Positions 1 through 8,900 of a stretch of 64,000 nt of DNA are shown here, piece after piece (position 1 is the stretch's first letter; each line of letters begins with the position of its first letter). Source of the stretch: a virus (lineage: Duplodnaviria > Caudoviricetes); the IMG/VR virus record IMGVR_UViG_2841481002_000004, positions 61-64,060 of that record. One strand, written 5' to 3'. A model generated the notes under the pieces. It was not told where the DNA came from and ran no database searches. It saw nothing but the letters and a program-made list of their open reading frames with translations. Made by a program: the position numbers and the translations under genes.

Positions 1-399
1 CCGGAGGAGTGGCCAGCGCCGATAGAAGGCGACCTCCGCATGTACTACTGGGACGGCCGGAAAAACAGCAGCCGACGTACGCTGCGCGAGGTGACGCTGT
101 GGGGGTACTGGGGAACGACAGAACAGCCAATTCGCAGGATGTCCGACCCCCTGCTTATCGACATCTTGGGGGATGCCATGCTGCTCCAAGGCCAGGTGCT
201 CGGGTCCGTGGATGGACGACTGTACGAGCACTTCCAGTTGTGGCTTGTGCGGCCCAAACGAAATGGCGCCCCACCTCTTCCGGCGTTCGATCACCGGGAA
301 TGGTCAAGCCGCTTGCCGCAGATCCCGCCGCCGACCGGCGGCCAATCTGTGAGCGAGACATGGCTACAGGCACATCCCGGCGCCAAGGGACCGCGATGA
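1..399 (+). CDS. Hypothetical protein, 5'-truncated by the window edge
   Basis: Frame 1 is open from base 1 (PEEWPAPIEGDLR) and runs in frame into the 40..399 ORF (MYYWDGRK...). Confidence 0.6.
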   Translation, partial: PEEWPAPIEGDLRMYYWDGRKNSSRRTLREVTLWGYWGTTEQPIRRMSDPLLIDILGDAMLLQGQVLGSVDGRLYEHFQLWLVRPKRNGAPPLPAFDHREWSSRLPQIPPPTGGQSVSETWLQAHPGAKGPR

Positions 400-587
400 G
401 CGAAGGAGAAACAAGAATGAGAGAAATGGCGGCAGCAGCTGGACTCTTGAAAGATGGCGAGTCCATGTCAGACGAACTACTGAACTACAGCTATTTGCTG
501 TTGCATGCGTGCGCTCAGATCGGAGCACGGTACGGAGATGCAGACGCGAATGCGGGAGACCACATTCGCGCCGTTTTTTATCCCTGA
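396..587 (+). CDS. Small hypothetical protein (63 aa)
   Basis: ATG at 396 overlaps the upstream TGA (ATGA); MSEGETRMREMAAAAGLL... Confidence 0.55.
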   Translation: MSEGETRMREMAAAAGLLKDGESMSDELLNYSYLLLHACAQIGARYGDADANAGDHIRAVFYP

Positions 588-590
588 GGG

Positions 591-1016
591 CTACCCGGCA
601 GTGAGCTTGTCGCGCAGCCGGAAGCCCAGCAGCTGCCAGACTTTCGCCACGGCGTTCTCCTTGGCGATCCGGCGGCCGATCTCGGCGTTGAAGTTCTCGG
701 GCGATGCGCAGGCAGACTCGCCCGTCACCGTGAAGCCGTTGCGGAGGATCAGGACGCAGAAGGTCAATCGGCTCATCGGCCCTTGAGCATAGGTGTCGTC
801 GTGGCGGACAGCATGGGGTGGAGGCCATTGGTCGCCACCTTCGTTGCGTGAAGATCCGTTCACACCATCGTCGGCCGTGAAGTAGAACTCGGCAGCGATT
901 TCGGCCCCGATGTCGGACGGCGTCACGCGCGGCGCCACGCTGGCCCGGGCCTGGATATCACGCTCGATGGAGTCGGGGCCGGGGTCGCGAACCGAAAGGG
1001 TGATGGGGTCGTTCAT
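591..1016 (-). CDS. Gp49 family (N4 gp49/Sf6 gp66-like) phage protein
   Basis: Motif LTFCVLILRNGFTVTGESACASPENFNAEIGRRIA; AAGGAAG Shine-Dalgarno upstream. Confidence 0.8.
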   Translation of the reverse strand: MNDPITLSVRDPGPDSIERDIQARASVAPRVTPSDIGAEIAAEFYFTADDGVNGSSRNEGGDQWPPPHAVRHDDTYAQGPMSRLTFCVLILRNGFTVTGESACASPENFNAEIGRRIAKENAVAKVWQLLGFRLRDKLTAG

Positions 1017-1357
1017 GGTCTGCTTCCTTGAGTGCCGGCATCCGGCCGGCTCGGGTTGATAGGAGCGCGGCACGCTTCCAGGGCGGTGAGCAGCTGCCCC
1101 TCATAGCCATCGCGGCGCTGCAGTTCGGCCATGGCTGCGCGCGCGAAGTCATCGACGGTGGCGCCGCGCCGGAGCGCATCGGTGGGCATCACAGGCCGGG
1201 CGGGCACGGGCTCCTGGCACTCCACCGGCACGGGCACGTTCACCCGCTGAACCTCCACGCGCGGTGGCGCCGTCGTGCAGCCGGCCAGCAGCGCCCCCGC
1301 CGCCACCAGGACGGCAGTTTGCGAAATGGCGCAAGTTGCGCGTTTTGGAAATCTCAC
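1013..1357 (-). CDS. o-spanin (Rz1-like lipoprotein)
   Basis: GTG start overlapping the i-spanin stop; lipobox LLAGC followed by a Pro-rich segment (VPVPVECQEPVPARP). Confidence 0.8.
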   Translation of the reverse strand: MRFPKRATCAISQTAVLVAAGALLAGCTTAPPRVEVQRVNVPVPVECQEPVPARPVMPTDALRRGATVDDFARAAMAELQRRDGYEGQLLTALEACRAPINPSRPDAGTQGSRP

Positions 1358-1719
1358 GGCCTCGCCCTCCCCTGCAGCCAGGTGTCCACCCGGTGCTGCG
1401 CGCTGGCGCATGCATCGCCGGGTACGGCCGGAGGCGCGGCAAGGATCGTGTCGGCCTCACGGTTGTGGTCGGCGGCACGGACCGCGGCCGCACGCCGGGC
1501 GGGGGCTGCCGTCTCCGCGCGCTTGTTCGCGAGCGTGCGCAGTTCGTCCACGGAGGAACTGCAGGCCTCCGCCGCGCCGCGCACGCCCGCCAGCTCCTGG
1601 CCTTTCGCGGACACTGCGGCCCGCGCCTCTGTCGCATCGTCACGCTCGCCGAGGTATGCCCAGCCGAGCAGGCCATTGCCCGCCAGGCTGACCAACAGCA
1701 GGATCTGCCCCGGCGTCAT
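1354..1719 (-). CDS. i-spanin (Rz-like)
   Basis: N-terminal TM (ILLLVSLAGNGLLGWAYL) then Ala-rich coiled coil; directly after the endolysin. Confidence 0.75.
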   Translation of the reverse strand: MTPGQILLLVSLAGNGLLGWAYLGERDDATEARAAVSAKGQELAGVRGAAEACSSSVDELRTLANKRAETAAPARRAAAVRAADHNREADTILAAPPAVPGDACASAQHRVDTWLQGRARP

Positions 1720-2345
1720 GGCACCAACCTCCACTGTCGGCAGATCTCGTCGTTGGAATCGCCGCGGATCTGGAGCCCGGGCAGCACCGTGGACACGCCG
1801 CGCACGGTGCCGCGGTTCCAGCGCGGATTCTCCCGGCACGCGCCGGGCAAGTCGCCCGCATTGGCCTTCCGCAGCATGGTGCTGCCGGCGAATGCCTGCC
1901 CGCCCTTGTTCCACACGAAATCGATGAACACGCCTTGCACAAACGGGTCGTAGGTGGCCCAGTATCGCAGCAGGCGCGCCGCGTCGCGCTCGGCTTGGAA
2001 GTACCGCACGCGCTCCAGCTGGTAGCAGTCGCTGGGCGTGTAGTAGCGCCAGGCGTCCACGCCCGGACCCGTCACGCCGTTACACACCGTGAGCGGCTGG
2101 CCGCGGCCGTTGCGGTCGATGTATGGCGTCCCGATGTGCTTCCCGCTACTTTCGTAGTAGGCCCCCATCACCATTGCGATCTTCACCGCGGGGGACGTCT
2201 CGGCATCCGCGGCCACGGCGAGCACGTATTCGTCGCGCAGCGCATCGTCGGTGACTTGGTTGGCGACGATCGCACCGCCGCCGAGGCCAGCGAGAACTAC
2301 CAGTGTTGCAAGCCGGCTGGCGAGCCAGGAAGGGACGCGGCTCAC
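1716..2345 (-). CDS. SAR endolysin, GH24 (T4-lysozyme-like)
   Basis: GTG start overlapping the holin stop; Gly/Ala-rich N-terminal anchor (LATLVVLAGLGGGAIVA); catalytic E..D..T pattern in YESSGKHIGTPYIDRNGRGQPLTVCNGVT. Confidence 0.85.
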   Translation of the reverse strand: MSRVPSWLASRLATLVVLAGLGGGAIVANQVTDDALRDEYVLAVAADAETSPAVKIAMVMGAYYESSGKHIGTPYIDRNGRGQPLTVCNGVTGPGVDAWRYYTPSDCYQLERVRYFQAERDAARLLRYWATYDPFVQGVFIDFVWNKGGQAFAGSTMLRKANAGDLPGACRENPRWNRGTVRGVSTVLPGLQIRGDSNDEICRQWRLVP

Positions 2346-2641
2346 CGGAGGTGCCCCTTCAGCGCCGCCCAGAGCCCCAGGCCTGCGGTAATGGCCGCGG
2401 CGATGTAGCCCACAGGTTTCGCTGCCGCGCCGATCCAGTTGAGAACCTTGAATGCCCCCTGGGCGGCCTGGAAAAACGCGACCAGGTCTCGCGTGCTTTC
2501 CGCCACCTGGCGGGTAGTGGCAGAGTTGGATTCCAACTCTGCTTCGATCCGCGACATACGGACATCGCCCGCATCCAGCCGCGCATTGATCGTCGCAGCT
2601 GTTGCTGGCTCGATGAGGTTGCCGAAGTCGTCTGTGATCAT
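2342..2641 (-). CDS. Putative holin (99 aa)
   Basis: Small, C-terminal hydrophobic helix, directly upstream of the endolysin. Confidence 0.6.
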   Translation of the reverse strand: MITDDFGNLIEPATAATINARLDAGDVRMSRIEAELESNSATTRQVAESTRDLVAFFQAAQGAFKVLNWIGAAAKPVGYIAAAITAGLGLWAALKGHLR

Positions 2642-2686
2642 GGCGGGGATGATTCCCGTCACCCGCCAGAAAAGGAAAAACTACAG
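2641..2686 (-). promoter_or_regulatory. Late-promoter motif 1 (lysis; leaderless holin)
   Basis: CTGTAG(2686-2681)-TTTT...AATCAT-7 nt-ATG(2641). Confidence 0.7.
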
Positions 2687-3199
2687 GGTGGAACGTGCGC
2701 ACGCGGCCCGGAGAACGCAGGGGTCGAAGCGCTGCGGATCAGGGAAGCCCACTGCCGCGGCCACCGCTTCCGAGCAGGTCCAGCGGGACGCCTTCTGGGG
2801 GATCACCCACGCGACGAAGCCGAGGACCAGCTGCCAGTCGTAGAGCGCTCCCTGGTGCTCGAGGAACCACCGCGCCGCCCGCTGCGCGTCGCCGGGCAGC
2901 GGAAGCAGCTCCCAGCGGGCAGGCTCCAGCACCACCCTCTTCATCCGCACGCCGCCCGTCCGCCCGGCCCGGCGGGCCGAATACGCAGGCACGGGCTCGG
3001 CCGCCACGCTAGAGCCGCACCACAGCGACCCATCCCCGCCGGCCGCGCACGTGCCATCGGGCATGAGATCGGCTACGTCGTCGCTTTCCTCGAACACTAG
3101 TTCGGTGTGACTGTAGATCCCGCTCAGGCGGAAGCGGATGGCGCGGTTGGCCAGGCCCTGCAGGCCAGGGCGTGTGCCGGTGTATGAGGCCAGCTTCAC
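2681..3199 (-). CDS. Permuted papain-like (NlpC/P60 superfamily, YiiX/YaeF-like) protein
   Basis: N-terminal YSHTELV (His) and C-terminal WTCSE (Cys). Confidence 0.55.
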   Translation of the reverse strand: MKLASYTGTRPGLQGLANRAIRFRLSGIYSHTELVFEESDDVADLMPDGTCAAGGDGSLWCGSSVAAEPVPAYSARRAGRTGGVRMKRVVLEPARWELLPLPGDAQRAARWFLEHQGALYDWQLVLGFVAWVIPQKASRWTCSEAVAAAVGFPDPQRFDPCVLRAACARSTL

Positions 3200-3606
3200 A
3201 GCTTCCCCGCCGCGATGAAGAGTTCATCAAGCCCCGCTGCATCCAGTCCGATGGCCGGGCCTATCTGCGCCACGAATCCGTTGTAGCGCAGGACCTCATT
3301 GCTGAATTCCCACTCGATCCGGGCCGCCGTCTGCGGAGGGTCGGGCAATGCGGCTATGGCCGCTTCCACCATTTGAAGCTTTCCCGCTGCGAGAAGGGCG
3401 AGGCGCGCCTGCCGCATGGTCACAGAGGCAGGAACCGCAACGACTTCGGCTGCCGCAGGCTCCGGGATGCCGCCATCTGCGAGCCAGCCCAGATACGCGA
3501 TGTATTCCGGATTTTCGTTTGGGTGTTCAGGGGTATCAACGATCGGCACAGTAACTGTGCCATCGCGGATCACGAAGCCTTCACGAGTGAGTTGATACCA
3601 GGTCAT
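3196..3606 (-). CDS. Tail fibre assembly/chaperone-like protein
   Basis: NPEYIAYLGWLADGGIPEP and SVTMRQARLAL...EWE motifs; directly downstream of the fibre gene (ATGA overlap). Confidence 0.65.
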   Translation of the reverse strand: MTWYQLTREGFVIRDGTVTVPIVDTPEHPNENPEYIAYLGWLADGGIPEPAAAEVVAVPASVTMRQARLALLAAGKLQMVEAAIAALPDPPQTAARIEWEFSNEVLRYNGFVAQIGPAIGLDAAGLDELFIAAGKL

Positions 3607-4451
3607 GAGTACCATCCTGGGCTGTTGACGGTCCCGGCAGAATTGCCAGGCAAGTAGTTGGCACCAGCGCCGTTGACAAAGATGCCGCCACCAGTGCCGG
3701 CGGTGTAGCGGGCCCCTGTAGCGTTGCCGCTGAACGAGGTTGAAAAGAGAAATGCGAGCCCCGACCGCGACCCTGCCGCATACACACCGAATGCAGGCGT
3801 CCCCGTCAGCGTGATGCTGCAGTTCTGCCCGCGGAAGAGCCCGCCGTCGGACGCCTCTACATGTGATGGAGCACCGCCGGATATGGTGTAGCTCGCCCCT
3901 GCGGCGCTGACCGTACTACCGCTGCCGGCAGTGATGTGGCCCGTGGCGCATGCGCCGAAGTTCAGGTTGTTGAACTCGAGGTAGTTCAGGCCGCCGTAGA
4001 GTGCGATCCCGTAGCCAGCCGTCGCCGTCTGGAGCTTGAACCACTGCAGCTTGTAGTTCCCGATCGTCGTAGCTTCCGAGATCACGCAGGCTGCGTTGGT
4101 GGTCGAAATGACCGTGCTGGTGAGATCGCCGGCAGAACCGATGACGATGATCCGGCCAGAACCGACGAATGAGCGCAACCGGAATCCAGCGGTGTATGTG
4201 CCGGGTCCCACGGAAACGGTGATGTCAAAGCCGCCGTTGTCGTAAGCCGCAGCTACGTCCACCGCCTTCTGGATCGTGGCAAACGCACCGCCGCTGGTGT
4301 TGGCCAAGCCCGAGTTGGTGTCGCTGCCATCGGCGCGCACGTAGTAGGTGCGTGCGGCGGTGAGCAGCTCACGTGCGCCAGAAAGCGAGTCGCCAGCGGG
4401 CAGCTGCCGATTGCGCCCGTTGACCCTGACGATTGGCCGACGCGTCGCCAT
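3603..4451 (-). CDS. Tail fibre/spike protein (beta-helix-like)
   Basis: RTYYVRADGSDTNSG...AFATIQKAVD motif; G/S/T-rich beta-repeat body. Confidence 0.75.
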   Translation of the reverse strand: MATRRPIVRVNGRNRQLPAGDSLSGARELLTAARTYYVRADGSDTNSGLANTSGGAFATIQKAVDVAAAYDNGGFDITVSVGPGTYTAGFRLRSFVGSGRIIVIGSAGDLTSTVISTTNAACVISEATTIGNYKLQWFKLQTATAGYGIALYGGLNYLEFNNLNFGACATGHITAGSGSTVSAAGASYTISGGAPSHVEASDGGLFRGQNCSITLTGTPAFGVYAAGSRSGLAFLFSTSFSGNATGARYTAGTGGGIFVNGAGANYLPGNSAGTVNSPGWYS

Positions 4452-4452
4452 T

Positions 4453-4983
4453 TCAGAGGATCACGTATCCCAGGTCATCCGTCACCAGCTCGGTCGCGCT
4501 CTTCGCCGTGCCCAGTTCCTGGCAGACCTTGCTCGCGTTGGCCGTGTCGGTGCCGTCGAGGGGCGCGGCGATCACGCCGCCCGCGGTGCCCAGCCAGTAG
4601 GTGGCGCCCGGGGTCAGCCCGGTGAGCGCTGCGTTGGTGGTGTCCAGGGGGTATGCCGTGCCGCTTGCGCCCGAGGCCACAGCGTCCTTCACGTACCCAT
4701 TCGCCTGGCGACCGTTGCTGTTGTCCGCGAGGCGCATGTTCAGGGCGCCGGCATTGGTGTGGAAGTTCACGAACTTGCCGGCGCCAATGGCCTCGCTCGC
4801 CGGGGCGATTGTCGTGTTGGCGCCGATCCCTACCGGCAGAACCGTGGGATCGAGGCGCCCGTCCGAGCCGGTTGCCACGAGTTTTCCTGCGTCCGCCGCG
4901 CCCGCAGAGACGACGAGGCCGAAGAACTGGCGGGTTTTTCCAGCAACGCGGCTGAGAAAACCTTGAGTGGGTTGAGCTGCCAT
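4453..4983 (-). CDS. Virion tail-associated structural protein
   Basis: ASEAIGAGKFVN...ANGYV...LTPGATYWLGTAGG; position in the tail cluster. Confidence 0.65.
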   Translation of the reverse strand: MAAQPTQGFLSRVAGKTRQFFGLVVSAGAADAGKLVATGSDGRLDPTVLPVGIGANTTIAPASEAIGAGKFVNFHTNAGALNMRLADNSNGRQANGYVKDAVASGASGTAYPLDTTNAALTGLTPGATYWLGTAGGVIAAPLDGTDTANASKVCQELGTAKSATELVTDDLGYVIL

Positions 4984-4985
4984 GG

Positions 4986-5510
4986 TTACTCCAGTGCGAT
5001 GGGGTCTTGAAAATTCAGCGCGATGCGCGTGGGGGAAGTGGCCGATCCGATGAGCACGTCGTACCCGGACGTTGGGGGCGCCTGGGTGAGCGCTCCATCG
5101 ACACCGAGAAAAACTCGGCCCGGCGTCCAGCTCCACCCCCCGTCTTCCATCACGCCGAGTCGCTGAACGTTGACCGGCTCGCCGGCCTGGGCCGCTGTCA
5201 GCGTGATGCCCAAGAGAAAGTCGATATGGAGGGCGTCGTCAGCGCTCAGCAGGCGCACCACGCCATTCAGCTCGTACACAGCACGCAGGGCGGATAGGCT
5301 GGTGGCTGCGATTCGCTGCACCGCGGCGCCGCCAGCCGGGCCCGGGGCACCTGGAGAACCCGCCGGACCGGGGATGCCGACCGTCACCACTACGGCCGGC
5401 TGGCCTTCGACCTCGGCCACCACTGTGGCGCCGGCATCCGTTGTCGCGACCACAGACACCTCTTGGCGCACCACCGCGGTGCCCGCCTGGCACAAGGCAA
5501 CTGCGTTCAT
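4986..5510 (-). CDS. Tail-associated protein with short collagen-like stretch
   Basis: GIPGPAGSPGAPGPAGG; C-terminal WSWTPGRVFLGVDGALTQAPP; true start MNAVALCQ at 5510. Confidence 0.65.
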   Translation of the reverse strand: MNAVALCQAGTAVVRQEVSVVATTDAGATVVAEVEGQPAVVVTVGIPGPAGSPGAPGPAGGAAVQRIAATSLSALRAVYELNGVVRLLSADDALHIDFLLGITLTAAQAGEPVNVQRLGVMEDGGWSWTPGRVFLGVDGALTQAPPTSGYDVLIGSATSPTRIALNFQDPIALE

Positions 5511-5941
5511 TTGGTACCCTCCGGAGAGAGCCTGCAGGTGACCACGTACTGGCGTTCCACATCGCCATTGGGTCGGGTCACTTCCACTTGGCCGATGCAG
5601 CTTTCCCAAGCCGGAGGCTTGGCGCCGTAGTTCATGGCTGAAGTCGCCGCCGCCTCGATGCGGAAGCGCATCCACGAACCATCCAGGACTATTCCGCCCC
5701 CGGTGGTGTTCAGTTCGAACAGCACATCCGGCGATCCGATTTCCCTCCGGAACTGCACTCGCGCCGAGCAGCCGGCGTAGTTCTCCAGCACCGCATCCGC
5801 AATCGGTGCTGGTGCGCCGGATTCCTTGACCAATCGGCCACACTCCCACCGGACCGGGTAGGGGTAGTAACTCCGCTGGACGGAGGGGTTGAAGGTGGCG
5901 CCCTGGAAGATCGGGAACGACAGGGCCGCAGGAGCATTCAT
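5507..5941 (-). CDS. Baseplate-upper (BppU-N-like) tail protein
   Basis: IFQGATF...YAGCSARVQFRRE...LFELNTTGGGI pattern; start chosen by promoter geometry. Confidence 0.55.
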   Translation of the reverse strand: MNAPAALSFPIFQGATFNPSVQRSYYPYPVRWECGRLVKESGAPAPIADAVLENYAGCSARVQFRREIGSPDVLFELNTTGGGIVLDGSWMRFRIEAAATSAMNYGAKPPAWESCIGQVEVTRPNGDVERQYVVTCRLSPEGTK

Positions 5942-5986
5942 GCGGGGCATGGTGCTCACCCGCAGCCGCTGTGTCGAAAACTACAG
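5941..5986 (-). promoter_or_regulatory. Late-promoter motif 2 (tail fibre cluster; leaderless)
   Basis: CTGTAG(5986-5981)-TTTTCGACA...CACCAT-7 nt-ATG(5941). Confidence 0.7.
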
Positions 5987-8900
5987 GTTGCGCTGCGCGA
6001 TCTCCTCCCGCATCGCCGCGCGCATGGCCTTGGGCGCAGAATCCGCAATCCGCTGATCTTTGGACTTGCGCATCTCCTTCACCCGGGCCAGAACAGAGGG
6101 TACCGTGATGACCATCCGCTGCGCCGGGTTCTTCGCGTTCCAGGTCTCGATGTCCCGGCGAGCCTCCTGCACCAACGAATCGTTGCCCTCGAAGATGCCG
6201 GCAGCCCATTTGGCGCGGATCTCCTGCGCCTTCATGTTGTAGAAATTCTTCGCCTGCTGGTTCGCGGCGTTGGCTTCCTGCACGGTCGCGACGCTGCTGG
6301 GCTGAAACCCGATCGCCTTCATTGCGGCTTCGAGCGCGTTGGTGTCGAGTACCTTGTAGCCCTTGGCATCCCGGTACATGCCGGTGGCCGCCATGTCCAC
6401 GCCCTTCGCAGCGTTGCGAACGGCGACAGGCGACATTTCCAGCAACCCGGAGCCCACCTCCCCGCCGAGGATCTTCCGCCCTCCGGACATCAAGCGCCCA
6501 ACGAAGTCCCCGGCGGGCCCGGCAATCTCCAGCACGTCGCGGGTATGGTTTGTCTTTTCCTGCAGGAGCCCGGTGCCGGGGATGAGGTTGCCCATGCCCA
6601 GGCGGCCAGACACATCGATGGGCATGCCCGGCAGCCCAGTGATCCCCTTCTCTACGAAGTCGCCGAGCGCCTTGCCGAACACCGCCTGCAGCAATTCCTG
6701 CTTCGCCTGCTTCGCGTTGAAGTTGTAGCCCATGAGCTGTCCCAGGCCCGTGGCCGCATCTTCGACATCCTCCACGAACGGTAGCCCCCCTGCCCCACCC
6801 ATCAGTGCCAGCATGCCCAGGGCTACCAGTGCCGCGCGCTTGCCTTCGGGCCCGCCCATCGTCCACATGCGGTGCAGCAACTCGACGTACGCGATGGAAT
6901 ACGTCTTGAACGTCATCAGCGTTCCGCCGACGGCGCCGCGGCCCCACTCCATCTTGTTGGCTTTCGAATACTGGAACTGGGTTTCGATCACCGCCCGGCG
7001 GGCGAATGCCGAGGGGTCCGGATCGCCCCGCTCCACCGCGGTGCGATATGCCGCGATGAAGCTCACGCGGCGGTTCACCTGCTCCGCAGCGCCGAACACC
7101 TTCCCCCACGCCAGCTTCAGCACCTCGAAGGCATTGGAAGCCTTCGCACGCGCGTCACCCGCACGTGTGCCATCACCTGCGCGCAGCGAGCCGGCGCCCC
7201 TGGCCTGGGCCATCAGTTGGTGGACCTCCTGCGGGCTCACGGTGCCGTCGTCCTCGGCGGCCTTCAGGGCCTCAGCCAGGCCGGGCTCGTACTTGAAATT
7301 CCTCGTTCCCATGTCCCGCGCAGCCTTTCCCAGCGCGGCGGCGGCCTTCCGGGCACCACCGTACTGGCTCAGCCACGGGAACGTCACGGCGATGGGCTGG
7401 GTCATGTTCACGAAGGCGGACGCGATGGAGCCGCCGAGGTACTGCGCGAACAATAGACCGCGAATGGCCTGGGCCTCCTCTTGGGGATTTTTCACGTACT
7501 CGGCCAAGCGCACCGCGGCGTCCTTCAACTCGCCCTGTTCCTTCGGGATGTCCGTGAGGGCCTTGCCCAGGTCGCCCATATGCAGGCCTGCGGCGGTCTG
7601 CCGGGAATTGCTGTAGATGAAGCTCGCCAGCACACGGCCCACGTCCTCGCTGTATCCGGCAATGCCCTTGCGGTGGATCAGCCGCTTCATGGCAGAGCGA
7701 TTCGTCTTCGTCCTCTTCAGGTACTCCTGGAAGGCCAAATCTTGCGCCTTGTCACCTTCGGATTCCAGGCCCAGCATGTTGCCGAACAGCTCCAGGCTTT
7801 CCGGTGTGATGCCGGCAAACAGCTTGAACTCCTCGTTCGACAGCGTGCCGCGCGTCACGGCGTCGCGTCCGAACTCCGCCTCCATCTGCTCCGCCATCTG
7901 CGCGGCCTCGCGGGCGGTCTCAAACAGCCCGAAATACTGCCGCTCCCCGTTCTGCACCACGTCCACCGTGTATTGCCCAAAGCGGGAAAGAGGTGCGTAC
8001 CCCTTGCGCTGCAGCTCTTCAACCTTGTCGGCCCGGTCCACCACGCCGCGCAGTGTGTCCAGGATCTGGTCTGCCCGGTCCGGCTGCTCGCGCGCCATGC
8101 TCCGCAGGTGGTCGGAGATCACCTGGGTGGCCGTCGCGATGTCGGGTGCATCCATCACCATGGCCTTCACCGGCTTCAGGTCGTTCCCGCCGAACCGCAG
8201 CATGTCGGCGCGGCCCATCGTGTCCAGGCTCCGATCCACGGCGCTGCGGAACTCGCGGTAGAGCGCCACCTGTTCATCATTCAGGCCGAACATGTCTTTC
8301 AGCTCGGCGTCCGACCACACCACGCCTGCCGACAAGATGCGAGAGGAGTAGCGGGAGTTGATGGCGCTTTCGTAAGAGGACAGGGGCATGCCCTGCCACG
8401 CGCGGAGCATGCCCGGGTCGATCTCGCCATGCTTCAGCAGCCGCTGGGCCTTCTGGTCCACCGTCATCGACAGCGCTTCCTCCTCCAGCGCCGCGAGCTG
8501 AACGGGGCGGCCCTGGGCGTCGCGCGCCCAGGTCAGCGTGCCTTCGAACACGGGCTTGGCGACTGCCTTGTTGTCGGACGCAGACACCGGGCGCTTCCTG
8601 ATGTCCGACCACTCTTCCAGTTTCGGGAGCAGCTTCGGCGCCATGTCGGCCGCGTCCGCGGCGTAGTGACTCACGTCATCGATGAAGCCCTGTGCGGCAT
8701 CGAACACACCCTTGAATGCGGGCGAACGCTGGGCAAGGTTGTACATCGTGCCCACGGTCTTGTGCCACCAGGACAACTTCCCCGGTACGTTGAACGACTT
8801 GTTCAACTCCTCGCGCGCCTGCTTCACATAGTCGCTCATCTGGCTGGCTGTGCCCCCCCCTCTGCTGAACACCGGCATGGATCGCTCCACCGCGGCGCCG

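Noticed and set aside
364-490. CTACAG hexamers at 364 and 485 (also 46969)
   Set aside because: Lack the T(T/G)TT extension and the correctly spaced -10/+1; not counted as late promoters
1-600. Left attachment site
   Set aside because: No copy of the tRNA-Val 3' end found here
3196-5941. Diversity-generating retroelement or invertible tail cassette
   Set aside because: No reverse transcriptase, TR/VR pair, invertase or inverted crossover sites seen
5511-7109. N-terminal 530 aa of the 707-aa ORF 4986-7109
   Set aside because: Out-of-frame overlap with two real genes; only the part from ATG 5510 looks coding
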